59,804 nucleotides of DNA from Desulfurococcales archaeon. Its GTDB lineage: Archaea; Thermoproteota; Thermoprotei_A; Sulfolobales; NBVN01. The notes beneath the pieces were generated by a model. That model saw nothing but the letters and a program-made list of their open reading frames with translations, had not been told where the DNA came from and made no database searches. The DNA lies in contig JAMOOZ010000044.1 in assembly GCA_027064885.1 (NCBI GenBank), forward strand, positions 1-59,804, written 5' to 3'. The translations under genes were made by a program, and so were the position numbers. Shown here piece by piece: positions 36,301-44,225 of the stretch (position 1 is the stretch's first letter; each line of letters starts with the position of its first letter).

Positions 36301-36932
36301 AGGTCTATTAGGGAGGATGATTTCAGTAGTGCGTCAAAGTCATCTACGATCACTAACCCATATCTAACATCATGGAATAAGTCCTTATTGCGGAAGAGGA
36401 ACGCGTGTGTCAGCACGTCTACGCGTTTGCCAGTGTTGTTCTGTTCGCTCTTCTTGAAGGTCGTTGAATCAAACACCATTACGCCTAATCCTTCACCGAG
36501 TGATTTCAGTGAGGATACTACTTGCTTCATTAGTTCCCTGGTAGGTACTATGTACAGAACTCTCTCGCCTCTATGTGCCTTGAAGATCGCGTAGACCTGA
36601 AGGAGTGTGGTTTTCCCGACGCCCGTCGGTGCGATGAGCGCGAAAGACTCCCCCGCTAGCATCCTTCTGGCCCATGCTAGCTGTATGCTCCAGAACTTCT
36701 TCCCCGTTAGTTTATTGAAGAACTCTTCAAAGTCCCCTAATTCATCCTCAAGGAGGAACGCGTCTATTAGCCCTTTTACGCGCCCTAGGTCGGTGATTAC
36801 TTTCCTTAATCCCAAGCTCCTTACGCGTTTAACTTCCCTCTCTGGCAAGCACCTATTGCAGGGTAACCCAGCGAGCAACCTCCTCTCCGTTATTGGCCCT
36901 CCACAGTTAGGGCACATACCCTTGATAATCAT
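33303..36932 (-). CDS. rgy: reverse gyrase
   Basis: N-terminal Zn finger CPNCGG...CNRC, SF2 helicase APTGVGKTT, C-terminal type IA topoisomerase (TOPRIM VESPTKA, ITYHRTDS); 1209 aa. Confidence 0.97.
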   Translation of the reverse strand: MIIKGMCPNCGGPITERRLLAGLPCNRCLPEREVKRVRSLGLRKVITDLGRVKGLIDAFLLEDELGDFEEFFNKLTGKKFWSIQLAWARRMLAGESFALIAPTGVGKTTLLQVYAIFKAHRGERVLYIVPTRELMKQVVSSLKSLGEGLGVMVFDSTTFKKSEQNNTGKRVDVLTHAFLFRNKDLFHDVRYGLVIVDDFDALLKSSSLIDLILKTLGIGEKAIELARKIVALKSELFFYKYAGNEERAEEVSKKLYDIELELAAELDVSSVGQLLIASATGRAKGTRIKVLRELLGFEVGSIMDYLRNIVEVITPYDEDKLVKVLKELEGGTLVFVSKEIGVSGAKKLVSTLVKHGIKASLATSRKALELLKSGEAEVLVGVATYYGILTRGIDEPLLIYNTVFIGVPKFEFDLRSMLENPRSFVRTLIEASRKGFTLSEEEKELVRILTKLSPGKIKVLQAGIKGYIKLESFLAEIKEKIQRTIPKLMKFISAYVREHGKFVSESYVIINKRSKLVVRIPDVMTYIQASGRCSRLFKGRMTLGLSVIFYLDKDILNIFQKKLRNYVASYNPISLEDADLNEIKRKQRESRSGTGEGMDVNKIKSVLIVVESPTKARTISKMFGRPGRRYLGEYVAYETVITLDDKVYVATIAPTLGHILDLQINGGLHGIRKAQTGLTPVYSTIKRCADCGYQTTDEIDKCPRCGSTRIRDSKKIVDALRKLAREADIVFLATDPDDEGEKISYDVYLLLRPYVNVFRRIEFHEVTRQGFLKALLNPRDIDLRRVDAQIVRRVDDRLIGFELSTVLKERLDRYWLGGGRVQTPVLKWVVDRYRRYVDSKGYLLIITLPERLRIKYFTKDKDVAERILRHVASEGVTLELIEEYEKEQNPRPPYTTDTLLFDGVRILKLSPGKVMKIAQNLFELGYITYHRTDSTHVSATGIEIAKEYLIKEGYGSDIRPRSWGGEGTHECIRPTKPLRSLDEVEDLGFMSFSNLTWYHKKLYELIFRRFIASQMTPAKLRVRKFRVILGDAELHVEVPVEIIEEGFMKVLPERVYGYFTQGKVFRFSENIESKVVRASEVSLYTASDVIRIMKEKRIGRPSTYAKAVENNMRHGYVIASKRRLYLIPTKLGMEVADLVSRYYPELSDVKATRELEVLLDLVREGKISRKSALILLLSDVVRIRVGRELMAASEELLTVPETQTRAEAL

Positions 36933-37010
36933 CCTAAATACCTGTGTGAAGGTTGTTACTTGAGGGCACCTTATAAGACCTCTACCTCATAAGGAAGGCG
37001 GGGATACTGA

Positions 37011-38543
37011 ATGCACCCGCGTGTTTTGACGGTCGCTGAGATGAGGGCTACGGACCTGAATTCGGAGTTCTGGGGTGTCCCAACAAGGCTTCTGATGGAA
37101 AATGCGGGGGCCGGAGTAGCCCGCGTAATAGTTGACACTGTGGGGGAGGGGCCTCATACCGTTGCGGTAGTAGCTGGTTCTGGCGGAAAGGCTGGCGATG
37201 CTTTCGTCGCCGCAAGACACTTACTGAATCACGGGTTTCAGGTTAACGTATACTTAACCAGCAAAGTGATTAGGAATGAGGATGCTGTAGCTAATTTCGA
37301 AGTTCTCAAGAACCTTAGGGGTGTTAAAATCACTCGCTACTCCTTAGGGCAACAGTTCTCTGAGGATGTAATTATTGACGGATTGCTTGGAACGGGTGTT
37401 CGTGGCGCACCCCACGGGGATATTGCTTACGCTATAAGATCGATTAATTCATCGCAGGGGTTAAAGGTATCTATAGATGTACCCTCCGGTGTCAACCCAG
37501 ATACCGGGGAGGTGCCCGGAGACGCCGTTAAGGCTGACATAACGGTGACAATGGCAGCAGTAAAGCCTGGCCTCCTTAAAGCCACAGAGTACGTGGGTAA
37601 GTTAGTGGTTGTTAACATAGGCACACCGAAGAACGCCTTCGAAGCCGTGGGGCCGGGAGATGTTGCTGTATGGTTTAAACACAAGGAGCGTGATGCGAAG
37701 AAAGGTGATGGGGGTCGTGTCCTCGTATTCACTGGCTCGAAGGAGTTTGTGGGGGCACCGTGGCTAACGGCGCTTGGGGCATGGTACGCGGGCGCCGACT
37801 TAGTGTTCCTTGCATCGCTTGAGGAAGTGTTAAGCCATAGGTTCAGTCCCGAGATTCTAGGAGTACCACTTAGGGGAGATCACTTGAATGCAGGCCACGT
37901 AAGCATTCTGAGGGAGCAGGGCTTCATACGCAAGGTCGACGTAATAGTTGCTGGGCCGGGACTAGGTCTTCATGACGAAACAGCAGGCTTTGTTGAGAGC
38001 CTACTGCGGCTTGCCAGCGAGCTGGGCGTGCCCCTAGTGCTTGATGCCGATGCACTGAAGGTATTACCTAGTATTAATATACCCGAAAACGTAACCCTAG
38101 TACTTACGCCCCATTTAGGTGAAGCATCAGCACTGCTACAGAGGAGCCTACGTCCTCAGAGTATTAATGAAAGAGTTGCCATAGCCCTGGAAATCTCTAG
38201 GAAGTACAGGGCGAATACACTTCTGAAAGGACCTGCAGACGTTATTGCGGCACCGACGGGAAGCTACAAGTTAAGGATTAGTGTCGGTCATCAAGATATG
38301 AGTTGTGGCGGTACTGGAGACGTGTTAGCTGGTATATTAGCGACTGCCTTAGTTAGGACTAAGGATCCCTTTAGGGCTGCCTGCGTAGCCGCGTTCACCA
38401 ACGCTATTGCTGGTGAGTATGCTTACATGCAGGAGGGTAAGGCATCGCCGTTAAACATGTTGAAATATATTCCTCAAATCTTGAAAGATCCCTTAGGTTT
38501 TTCGAAGAAATACAGAGGGCTTAAGCGTGCACTAAACTCATAA
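37011..38543 (+). CDS. nnr: bifunctional NAD(P)H-hydrate repair enzyme Nnr (YjeF-N epimerase / YjeF-C dehydratase)
   Basis: YjeF-N (GSGGKAGDAFVAARHL) and carbohydrate-kinase-like YjeF-C (GPGLG, GGTGDVLAG). Confidence 0.85.
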   Translation: MHPRVLTVAEMRATDLNSEFWGVPTRLLMENAGAGVARVIVDTVGEGPHTVAVVAGSGGKAGDAFVAARHLLNHGFQVNVYLTSKVIRNEDAVANFEVLKNLRGVKITRYSLGQQFSEDVIIDGLLGTGVRGAPHGDIAYAIRSINSSQGLKVSIDVPSGVNPDTGEVPGDAVKADITVTMAAVKPGLLKATEYVGKLVVVNIGTPKNAFEAVGPGDVAVWFKHKERDAKKGDGGRVLVFTGSKEFVGAPWLTALGAWYAGADLVFLASLEEVLSHRFSPEILGVPLRGDHLNAGHVSILREQGFIRKVDVIVAGPGLGLHDETAGFVESLLRLASELGVPLVLDADALKVLPSINIPENVTLVLTPHLGEASALLQRSLRPQSINERVAIALEISRKYRANTLLKGPADVIAAPTGSYKLRISVGHQDMSCGGTGDVLAGILATALVRTKDPFRAACVAAFTNAIAGEYAYMQEGKASPLNMLKYIPQILKDPLGFSKKYRGLKRALNS

Positions 38544-38575
38544 CCTCGGATAACAGAATCAACGACGTGGTATTG

Positions 38576-40180
38576 ATGGTGCTTAAGCTGATATTCGTTA
38601 CGGGAGGAGTGCTTTCAGGGCTCGGCAAAGGGGTCGTAACAGCCTCTTTAGGATTATTGCTTAAAGCTTCAGGGCTATCTGTTACGGCGATAAAGATCGA
38701 CCCTTACGTTAATGTTGATGCAGGAACAATGAATCCTTACATGCATGGGGAAGTATTCGTAACAGAGGACGGTGGAGAGACGGACCTTGACTTAGGGCAC
38801 TACGAAAGATTCCTTAATATTAACCTAAGCAAGAAGAACAACATAACAACAGGGAAGATTTACTCTACTGTAATAATGAAGGAGCGAAAAGGTGAATACC
38901 TAGGTCAGACCGTCCAGATAATACCACATGTTACTGACGAGATCAAGAAGGAGATCCTTGACGTGACAAAGGAGCAAGGGACTGACGTCGCTATCGTTGA
39001 GATTGGGGGAACTGTAGGTGACATTGAGGGACTACCCTTCTTAGAAGCTGCTAGGCAGTTAAGGCTTGAGTTAGGAGAAACTAATACGCTTTTCGCTCAC
39101 GTAGTTCTAGTACCTAGGTTAACCACTACAGGCGAGCTAAAAACGAAACCAGCACAACATAGTATCCAAGAATTACGCCGAATAGGTATTCAGCCGGACA
39201 TCCTCATTGCTAGGTCACCCACGCACCTCAGTGCTGAGGCTCGCGGGAAGTTATCGCTTTTCGGTAACGTACCTGAAAGGGCAATATTCAGTGATCCCGA
39301 CGTTGAGACCGTATATGAGGTACCATTGATCCTGCATAAGCAGAGAATACTTGATGTAGTTAGCAATAAGCTTCAGATCAGGTTAAACGAGCCAGACTTA
39401 ACTGCTTGGAAGGAGTTCGTAGAGAGAGTTAAGACCACATCAGAACCCGTAAGAATAGGTATGATAGGTAAGTACACGAAGTTAAGGGACAGCTACCTAA
39501 GTATAATTGAGGCGTTGAAGCACGCTTCTGCAAAACTGAACCTAAAACCCATTCTGAAGTGGTTTGAGGCCACGGACATAGAGCAGGGTCGCATAAATCC
39601 TAAAGAAATCCCTGAAGAAATAGACTGCGCTGTGGTGTTGCCAGGCTTCGGTAAGAGGGGACTAGTGGGTAAAATGGAAGCTGTAAAGGAACTAAGAGAG
39701 TCAGGCAAACCCGTGCTTGGAATATGCTTCGGACTACAGGTAATGGTTGTTGAGTTCGCTAGGAATGTTTTGGGATATAGAAACGCGAATAGCACGGAGA
39801 TAGATCCTAACACTCCTCACCCAGTAGTGGACTTAATGGACTTTCAGAGAGACGTTGAAGTACTAGGTGGTACCATGCGCCTTGGCGCAAGACCCATAAA
39901 GTTAGTTCCGGGTACGCTGGCACACAAGATCTATGGCGGCGCAGAAATAGTGCTTGAGAGGCATCGGCACAGATATCAAGTCAACCCGGACTACATCGAT
40001 GAGTTCCAGGACCATGGGTTCGTAGTAAGCGGCACTAGTGATGACTGCATGGCTGAGATAATGGAGCTTAAGGATTCTAAGTTCTACCTAGGTACTCAAG
40101 CACATCCGGAATTCAAGAGTAGGCCCCTCAACCCATCACCGGTATTCGAAGGATTACTCATTGCTACCTTGAGGGAATAA
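38576..40180 (+). CDS. pyrG: CTP synthase
   Basis: IFVTGGVLSGLGKG, DPYVNVDAGTMNP, GICFGLQ, HRHRY. Confidence 0.95.
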   Translation: MVLKLIFVTGGVLSGLGKGVVTASLGLLLKASGLSVTAIKIDPYVNVDAGTMNPYMHGEVFVTEDGGETDLDLGHYERFLNINLSKKNNITTGKIYSTVIMKERKGEYLGQTVQIIPHVTDEIKKEILDVTKEQGTDVAIVEIGGTVGDIEGLPFLEAARQLRLELGETNTLFAHVVLVPRLTTTGELKTKPAQHSIQELRRIGIQPDILIARSPTHLSAEARGKLSLFGNVPERAIFSDPDVETVYEVPLILHKQRILDVVSNKLQIRLNEPDLTAWKEFVERVKTTSEPVRIGMIGKYTKLRDSYLSIIEALKHASAKLNLKPILKWFEATDIEQGRINPKEIPEEIDCAVVLPGFGKRGLVGKMEAVKELRESGKPVLGICFGLQVMVVEFARNVLGYRNANSTEIDPNTPHPVVDLMDFQRDVEVLGGTMRLGARPIKLVPGTLAHKIYGGAEIVLERHRHRYQVNPDYIDEFQDHGFVVSGTSDDCMAEIMELKDSKFYLGTQAHPEFKSRPLNPSPVFEGLLIATLRE

Positions 40181-40248
40181 AAGGAAAGGTTGATTGCTTA
40201 AACAGTATAAATCACCATAAATTTCTTCATAAACGAGTGCAGCATTAA

Positions 40249-40266
40249 AAATAATTTTGGTTAATC
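40249..40266 (+). promoter_or_regulatory. AAATAATTTTGGTTAATC motif 26 nt upstream of iorA (copy of the 12715-12733 motif)
   Basis: Direct comparison; the A/T part may itself be the TATA box. Confidence 0.35.
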
Positions 40267-40291
40267 ACAAAACCTATTTGGTCATATCGAA

Positions 40292-42211
40292 ATGGAGTTT
40301 GAAGATACTATTACATTGAAAGAAGGCTCTATATTAATGCTAGGAAATGAAGCAATAGCTAGAGGAGCCCTTGAAGGAGGCATGGGTTTAGCAGCCGCGT
40401 ATCCGGGAACCCCCTCCTCAGAGATCGTGGAGTCCCTCCTTAAAGTAAAGGACAAACTAGGGATCTACGTCGAGTGGAGCGTTAACGAGAAAGTAGCGTT
40501 TGAAGTATCTTACGCCGCAGCTATTTCAGGCGTCAAGTCACTCGTTGCGATGAAGCATGTGGGGCTTAACGTAGCTGCGGATCCACTGATGAGTTCGGCA
40601 TATACGGGTGTAAGGGAGAGTTTCGTGATAGTAACTGCTGATGACCCGAGTATGTGGAGCAGCCAGAATGAACAAGACAACAGGTTATATGGTGTGCATG
40701 CCTACATACCTGTATTTGAACCCTCAGACCCTGGAGAGGCAAAAGAACTATGTAAATTCGCTTTTGAATTCAGCTCGAAGGTAAAGCACCCAGTAATCCT
40801 AAGAACCACTACCCGCTTAAGCCACACACGCGGTCCAGTCACATTAGGAACCATACCAAGGTTAACCACGCGCGGTGAGTTCATTAGGAAAAAAGAATAC
40901 GTACTCACACCGTCAAACGCTAGGAAAGATCGTGAAGCAATGCTAACAAGATGGGAGAAGATAACGAATGAAGTTAACTCAGTTCCGTTTAATAGAATAG
41001 AAGGTGACGGAAGGAACTTAGTAATAGCATCAGGAATAGCGTACGCGTATGTGAAGGAGACAGTAGTGTCTGGGAAAGTAGGAGATGGTTGGAAAATACT
41101 AAAACTCAGTACGCCATACCCTGTTCCTAGGAAGCTACTTCTCAAAGCCCTAGAGAGTGTTGAGAAGGTTCTGATTGTGGAGGAGTTAGAACCTGTTGTT
41201 GAAAAGGAAGTGAAAGCCATACTTTATGAGGAGGGAATTACTGTAGAGCTGCATGGGAAGGATCTCATTGGGCTTCCCTACGAGATGAGTCACGAGCGAA
41301 TATATAATGCGTTAAAGTTATTTACTGAAGGCAGAAAGCCAAGAGCACTGACAACAAGCAATGCAAAGGAAGCCTTACCGATACCCCCGCGCCCACCAAC
41401 ATTCTGTCCAGGATGCCCCTACCGCCCGCTCTTCTACACTATAAGGAGGTACCTCAACAGGAAAAAACTAAGCTACGTAGCTGCTGGCGACATAGGATGT
41501 TATGCCTTAGCCCATAATCCGCCATACAATCTCCAAGACGTAATTATCAATATGGGCGGAAGCATAGGAACCGCTAACGGATTCGCACACGTACTTGACT
41601 CCATCATACTCGCCATAATCGGTGACTCAACATTCTTCCATACAGGCATACCCCCACTGGTGAACGCCGTATGGCATGGGACACCAATAGTCGTGATAAT
41701 CCTCGATAATGAGATCACCGCCATGACTGGCCATCAACCCTCGCCCGCCACCAGGGGAGCAGGTGCTACCGAGAACTACGTTCCCTTGGAAAGTGTTGTC
41801 AAGGGGCTTGGAGTTAACTTTGTCGAGGTGATAGATCCCTTTGACGTAACACAGGTTGAGGACACGCTCAATAAGGCAATAGAGCACGCGAGCAGGCAGA
41901 GGGAACCTGCTGTGATAGTAGCTAGGCGAAAGTGCGCCCTAAGCGCCTTACGGAGTCTAAGGAGGGCCGGAATAAAGCTACCGCTCTTCAAAGTTGACTT
42001 GAGTAAGTGCATTAAATGCGGTACGTGCTACAACGCTTTTGCGTGTCCTGCGATTTACCCGGATAAAGAAGGTCGTGCTCACATAGACCCAGAACTCTGT
42101 GTGGGGTGTGGAGCATGTACGCAGGTGTGCCCAGTCAACGCGATAATGCCCGTGGATCATTCTGATACATATAAGCTGCAGAAAGGCTTAATAGAGAAAT
42201 TCTGGAGGTGA
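40292..42211 (+). CDS. iorA: indolepyruvate:ferredoxin oxidoreductase alpha subunit
   Basis: TPP-enzyme layout, GDIGCY, two 4Fe-4S motifs CIKCGTC...CP and CVGCGAC...CP at the C-terminus; 639 aa. Confidence 0.88.
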   Translation: MEFEDTITLKEGSILMLGNEAIARGALEGGMGLAAAYPGTPSSEIVESLLKVKDKLGIYVEWSVNEKVAFEVSYAAAISGVKSLVAMKHVGLNVAADPLMSSAYTGVRESFVIVTADDPSMWSSQNEQDNRLYGVHAYIPVFEPSDPGEAKELCKFAFEFSSKVKHPVILRTTTRLSHTRGPVTLGTIPRLTTRGEFIRKKEYVLTPSNARKDREAMLTRWEKITNEVNSVPFNRIEGDGRNLVIASGIAYAYVKETVVSGKVGDGWKILKLSTPYPVPRKLLLKALESVEKVLIVEELEPVVEKEVKAILYEEGITVELHGKDLIGLPYEMSHERIYNALKLFTEGRKPRALTTSNAKEALPIPPRPPTFCPGCPYRPLFYTIRRYLNRKKLSYVAAGDIGCYALAHNPPYNLQDVIINMGGSIGTANGFAHVLDSIILAIIGDSTFFHTGIPPLVNAVWHGTPIVVIILDNEITAMTGHQPSPATRGAGATENYVPLESVVKGLGVNFVEVIDPFDVTQVEDTLNKAIEHASRQREPAVIVARRKCALSALRSLRRAGIKLPLFKVDLSKCIKCGTCYNAFACPAIYPDKEGRAHIDPELCVGCGACTQVCPVNAIMPVDHSDTYKLQKGLIEKFWR

Positions 42212-42217
42212 GGCACC

Positions 42218-42874
42218 TTGGTGCTCAATATAGTTGTAGTTGGGGTAGGGGGTCAAGGCATACTCACTCTCTCAAAAATCCTTGGCGCGTGCGCAGTCGA
42301 AGCGGGTGTTAAAGCCTTAGTTGCAGAGACCCACGGCATGAGCCAGCGTGGGGGTTCAGTGATAGTTCACGTAAGGGTAGGTAATGACGTGTACGCTCCC
42401 ACCGTGCCGCTGCATGAAGCACACGTAATGGTTGCATTAGAAATGCTAGAAGGTGCCCGATACTTAAATTACGTCAACCCGGAGTTCTCGCTCAGCATAG
42501 TGAATGACAAAGTACTGAGACCGTCAATCCCTGGTACGAAGGTCCCAGAGAAGGAGACGATACTAAAAGCAATAAAGAGTCACTCAGCCCTCACAGTAGT
42601 AGTTAACGCTTCAGAGGAGGCAATTAGGCTTGGTAACCCTGCAGGAGCTAACATGTTCATGCTGGGATTCCTAGTGAGGCTACTGGAGTTCCTGGGCTTA
42701 CCTATGCAGGATTGCTGTACCGATAAGCTACCCCATCCAAACACTGACCTTGGGAAGGCCAATACAGCCATATTTAAGCGCGGGTTAATGGAAGCTAGCG
42801 CACTTCTTAAGGGAGTGAAAGAAGGGAAGGTTACGGAATTACCATGGCTAAAAGAAGGGCTTCTTCAGAACTAG
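42218..42874 (+). CDS. iorB: indolepyruvate:ferredoxin oxidoreductase beta subunit
   Basis: IVVVGVGGQGILT...AETHGMSQRGGSV (2-oxoacid oxidoreductase gamma-like domain); adjacent to iorA. Confidence 0.8.
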   Translation: MVLNIVVVGVGGQGILTLSKILGACAVEAGVKALVAETHGMSQRGGSVIVHVRVGNDVYAPTVPLHEAHVMVALEMLEGARYLNYVNPEFSLSIVNDKVLRPSIPGTKVPEKETILKAIKSHSALTVVVNASEEAIRLGNPAGANMFMLGFLVRLLEFLGLPMQDCCTDKLPHPNTDLGKANTAIFKRGLMEASALLKGVKEGKVTELPWLKEGLLQN

Positions 42875-42956
42875 GTTTTACTTAATTGGGGGTAAAGGAT
42901 TAGCATCAAAAACTTACTTAGCTCAAATTTTAACTGCCTAATGTTCGCTACTGAGG

Positions 42957-43199
42957 TCATATTATTTTTGACTCAATTATGATCATTGTGGTTGTGCCAC
43001 GTACTTGCGGTATCCTTCGAATCTTATTTATTACTAGCTCCCTTAGGGATTCGTGGGAGTTAGCCTCTGCTTTAACTACAATATCATACATACCATATAC
43101 TACGTGTATTTCCTTGACGCCCTCTATTTGTGAGAGAGCCTCCATAACCTGTGATTCTGCACCTATTTCGGTGTTTACGAGAACTATCGCGGCAGGCAT
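42957..43199 (-). CDS. stand-alone Lrp/AsnC-type ligand-binding (RAM) domain protein
   Basis: AIVLVNTEIGAESQVMEALSQIEGVKEIHVVYGMYDIVVKAEANSHESLRELVINKIRRIPQVRGTTT; no HTH; start set to M30 (43199) behind the A/T box agtatatacg. Confidence 0.7.
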   Translation of the reverse strand: MPAAIVLVNTEIGAESQVMEALSQIEGVKEIHVVYGMYDIVVKAEANSHESLRELVINKIRRIPQVRGTTTMIIIESKII

Positions 43200-43324
43200 A
43201 GCGCCATCATCGTATATACTGGTATACAATCCTAATAAAGGTAAACCGTGAAAGTTAAACTCGCTCCTTACGCAAAACACGATCATTACGCTACACTATG
43301 TAAATTTTGATGATGTTAGGATGT

Positions 43325-43387
43325 TCAGTAGCCCGGTTCTCCTCATCCTGAGCGGATCCACGGATCCGCCCTTACAAAGCTCATCAT
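43325..43387 (-). ncRNA. C/D-box-like sRNA candidate (sR-e) with a hairpin in the D'-C' spacer
   Basis: AUGAUGA(43387-43381)-12 nt-CGGA-18 nt-AUGAGGA(43346-43340)-11 nt-CUGA(43328-43325); TATA-like atatatttag centred about 26 nt upstream; D' and C' are degenerate and there is no terminal stem. Confidence 0.35.
43352..43369. repeat. perfect palindrome GCGGATCC-AC-GGATCCGC
   Basis: Read directly; 8+8 nt inverted repeat with a 2-nt centre in a divergent intergenic region. Confidence 0.9.
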
Positions 43388-43478
43388 TTCCCCTAACTGT
43401 CTTACCGTCCTCAGCTAAATATATGTGCCCCTAAAGACTTTAACATATGATTGAATATCCTCCTAGGCGCTGAGTAGG

Positions 43479-44225
43479 ATGAGACTGGAGGAAGGTTACT
43501 TTGCTAACCTAGTGGGGCAATACTCACGGTTCAACAATGAAGTGCGCATAGTAATGGACGCACTAAAATTTAGCGATGAGTCCTACGTAATAATGAGGCC
43601 TTCGGTTGTTCCTTTAGATATTAACGGAGTAACAAGGCACGTTACTCTACCCCCACTAACCCTAATCACACCTAAGCCTTTAGACGCTACCTACAGATAT
43701 TATCGTATTACAGAGGAGTGCTGGGTAGATGGAAAAATCCTGCTGGGTAGTCGCCCTGACGTTATAGGAGCAGGTGCCCTCAAAGACTTACTTAATCCTA
43801 TAATACAGCTCGTTAATAAGCGGGTAACCTCTGTTAGGGGCAACAAGTGCCTCGTAGTTGATATCAACTCCGAAATTACATGGGATGACTACTTTAGCAA
43901 GGTGTTTCATACGAAACATATTGCCTTACTACCTGGATTAACAGGCATAGTTACCGAATCCGTTGAGGGTTTAGCATGGCATTTATGGCGTGTTCACCCT
44001 ATGCTCTACGGTTTGAAGCACCCCAGTACCCCTCTTGAGGCTGAAATTGTACGTGATGTTCCTAAGAAACTAATGGTCCTTTCAAAGCCCCTAATCTTCC
44101 TTGACGATTATGTGTTGATAAGTGAGATTCCGTATAATGGATCAATAATTATGACTGGGCTCATAAATAATAACAATGAACTTATGAAGACGCTTGCGTT
44201 AAGGGCATTACTCTACGTTTGCTAA
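43479..44225 (+). CDS. hypothetical protein
   Basis: 248-aa ORF, no family recognised; its 3' end overlaps the XPB 3' end by 18 nt (convergent). Confidence 0.5.
   Translation: MRLEEGYFANLVGQYSRFNNEVRIVMDALKFSDESYVIMRPSVVPLDINGVTRHVTLPPLTLITPKPLDATYRYYRITEECWVDGKILLGSRPDVIGAGALKDLLNPIIQLVNKRVTSVRGNKCLVVDINSEITWDDYFSKVFHTKHIALLPGLTGIVTESVEGLAWHLWRVHPMLYGLKHPSTPLEAEIVRDVPKKLMVLSKPLIFLDDYVLISEIPYNGSIIMTGLINNNNELMKTLALRALLYVC

Noticed and set aside
40702-41220. 172-aa minus-strand ORF inside iorA
   Set aside because: Antisense shadow of a well-supported CDS with an S/T/F-rich composition.
42865-42909. Minus-strand UUGAUGC ... CUGA downstream of iorB
   Set aside because: The C box is imperfect, there are no D'/C' boxes, the guide spacing is non-canonical, and the D box lies inside the iorB coding end.
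43307-43351. Plus-strand C/D-like reading (UUGAUGA ... CUGA)
   Set aside because: There are 34 nt between the boxes with no acceptable internal D'/C' pair and no terminal stem. The minus-strand parse has canonical 12/11-nt spacing and its own TATA-like box, so only that one is reported.
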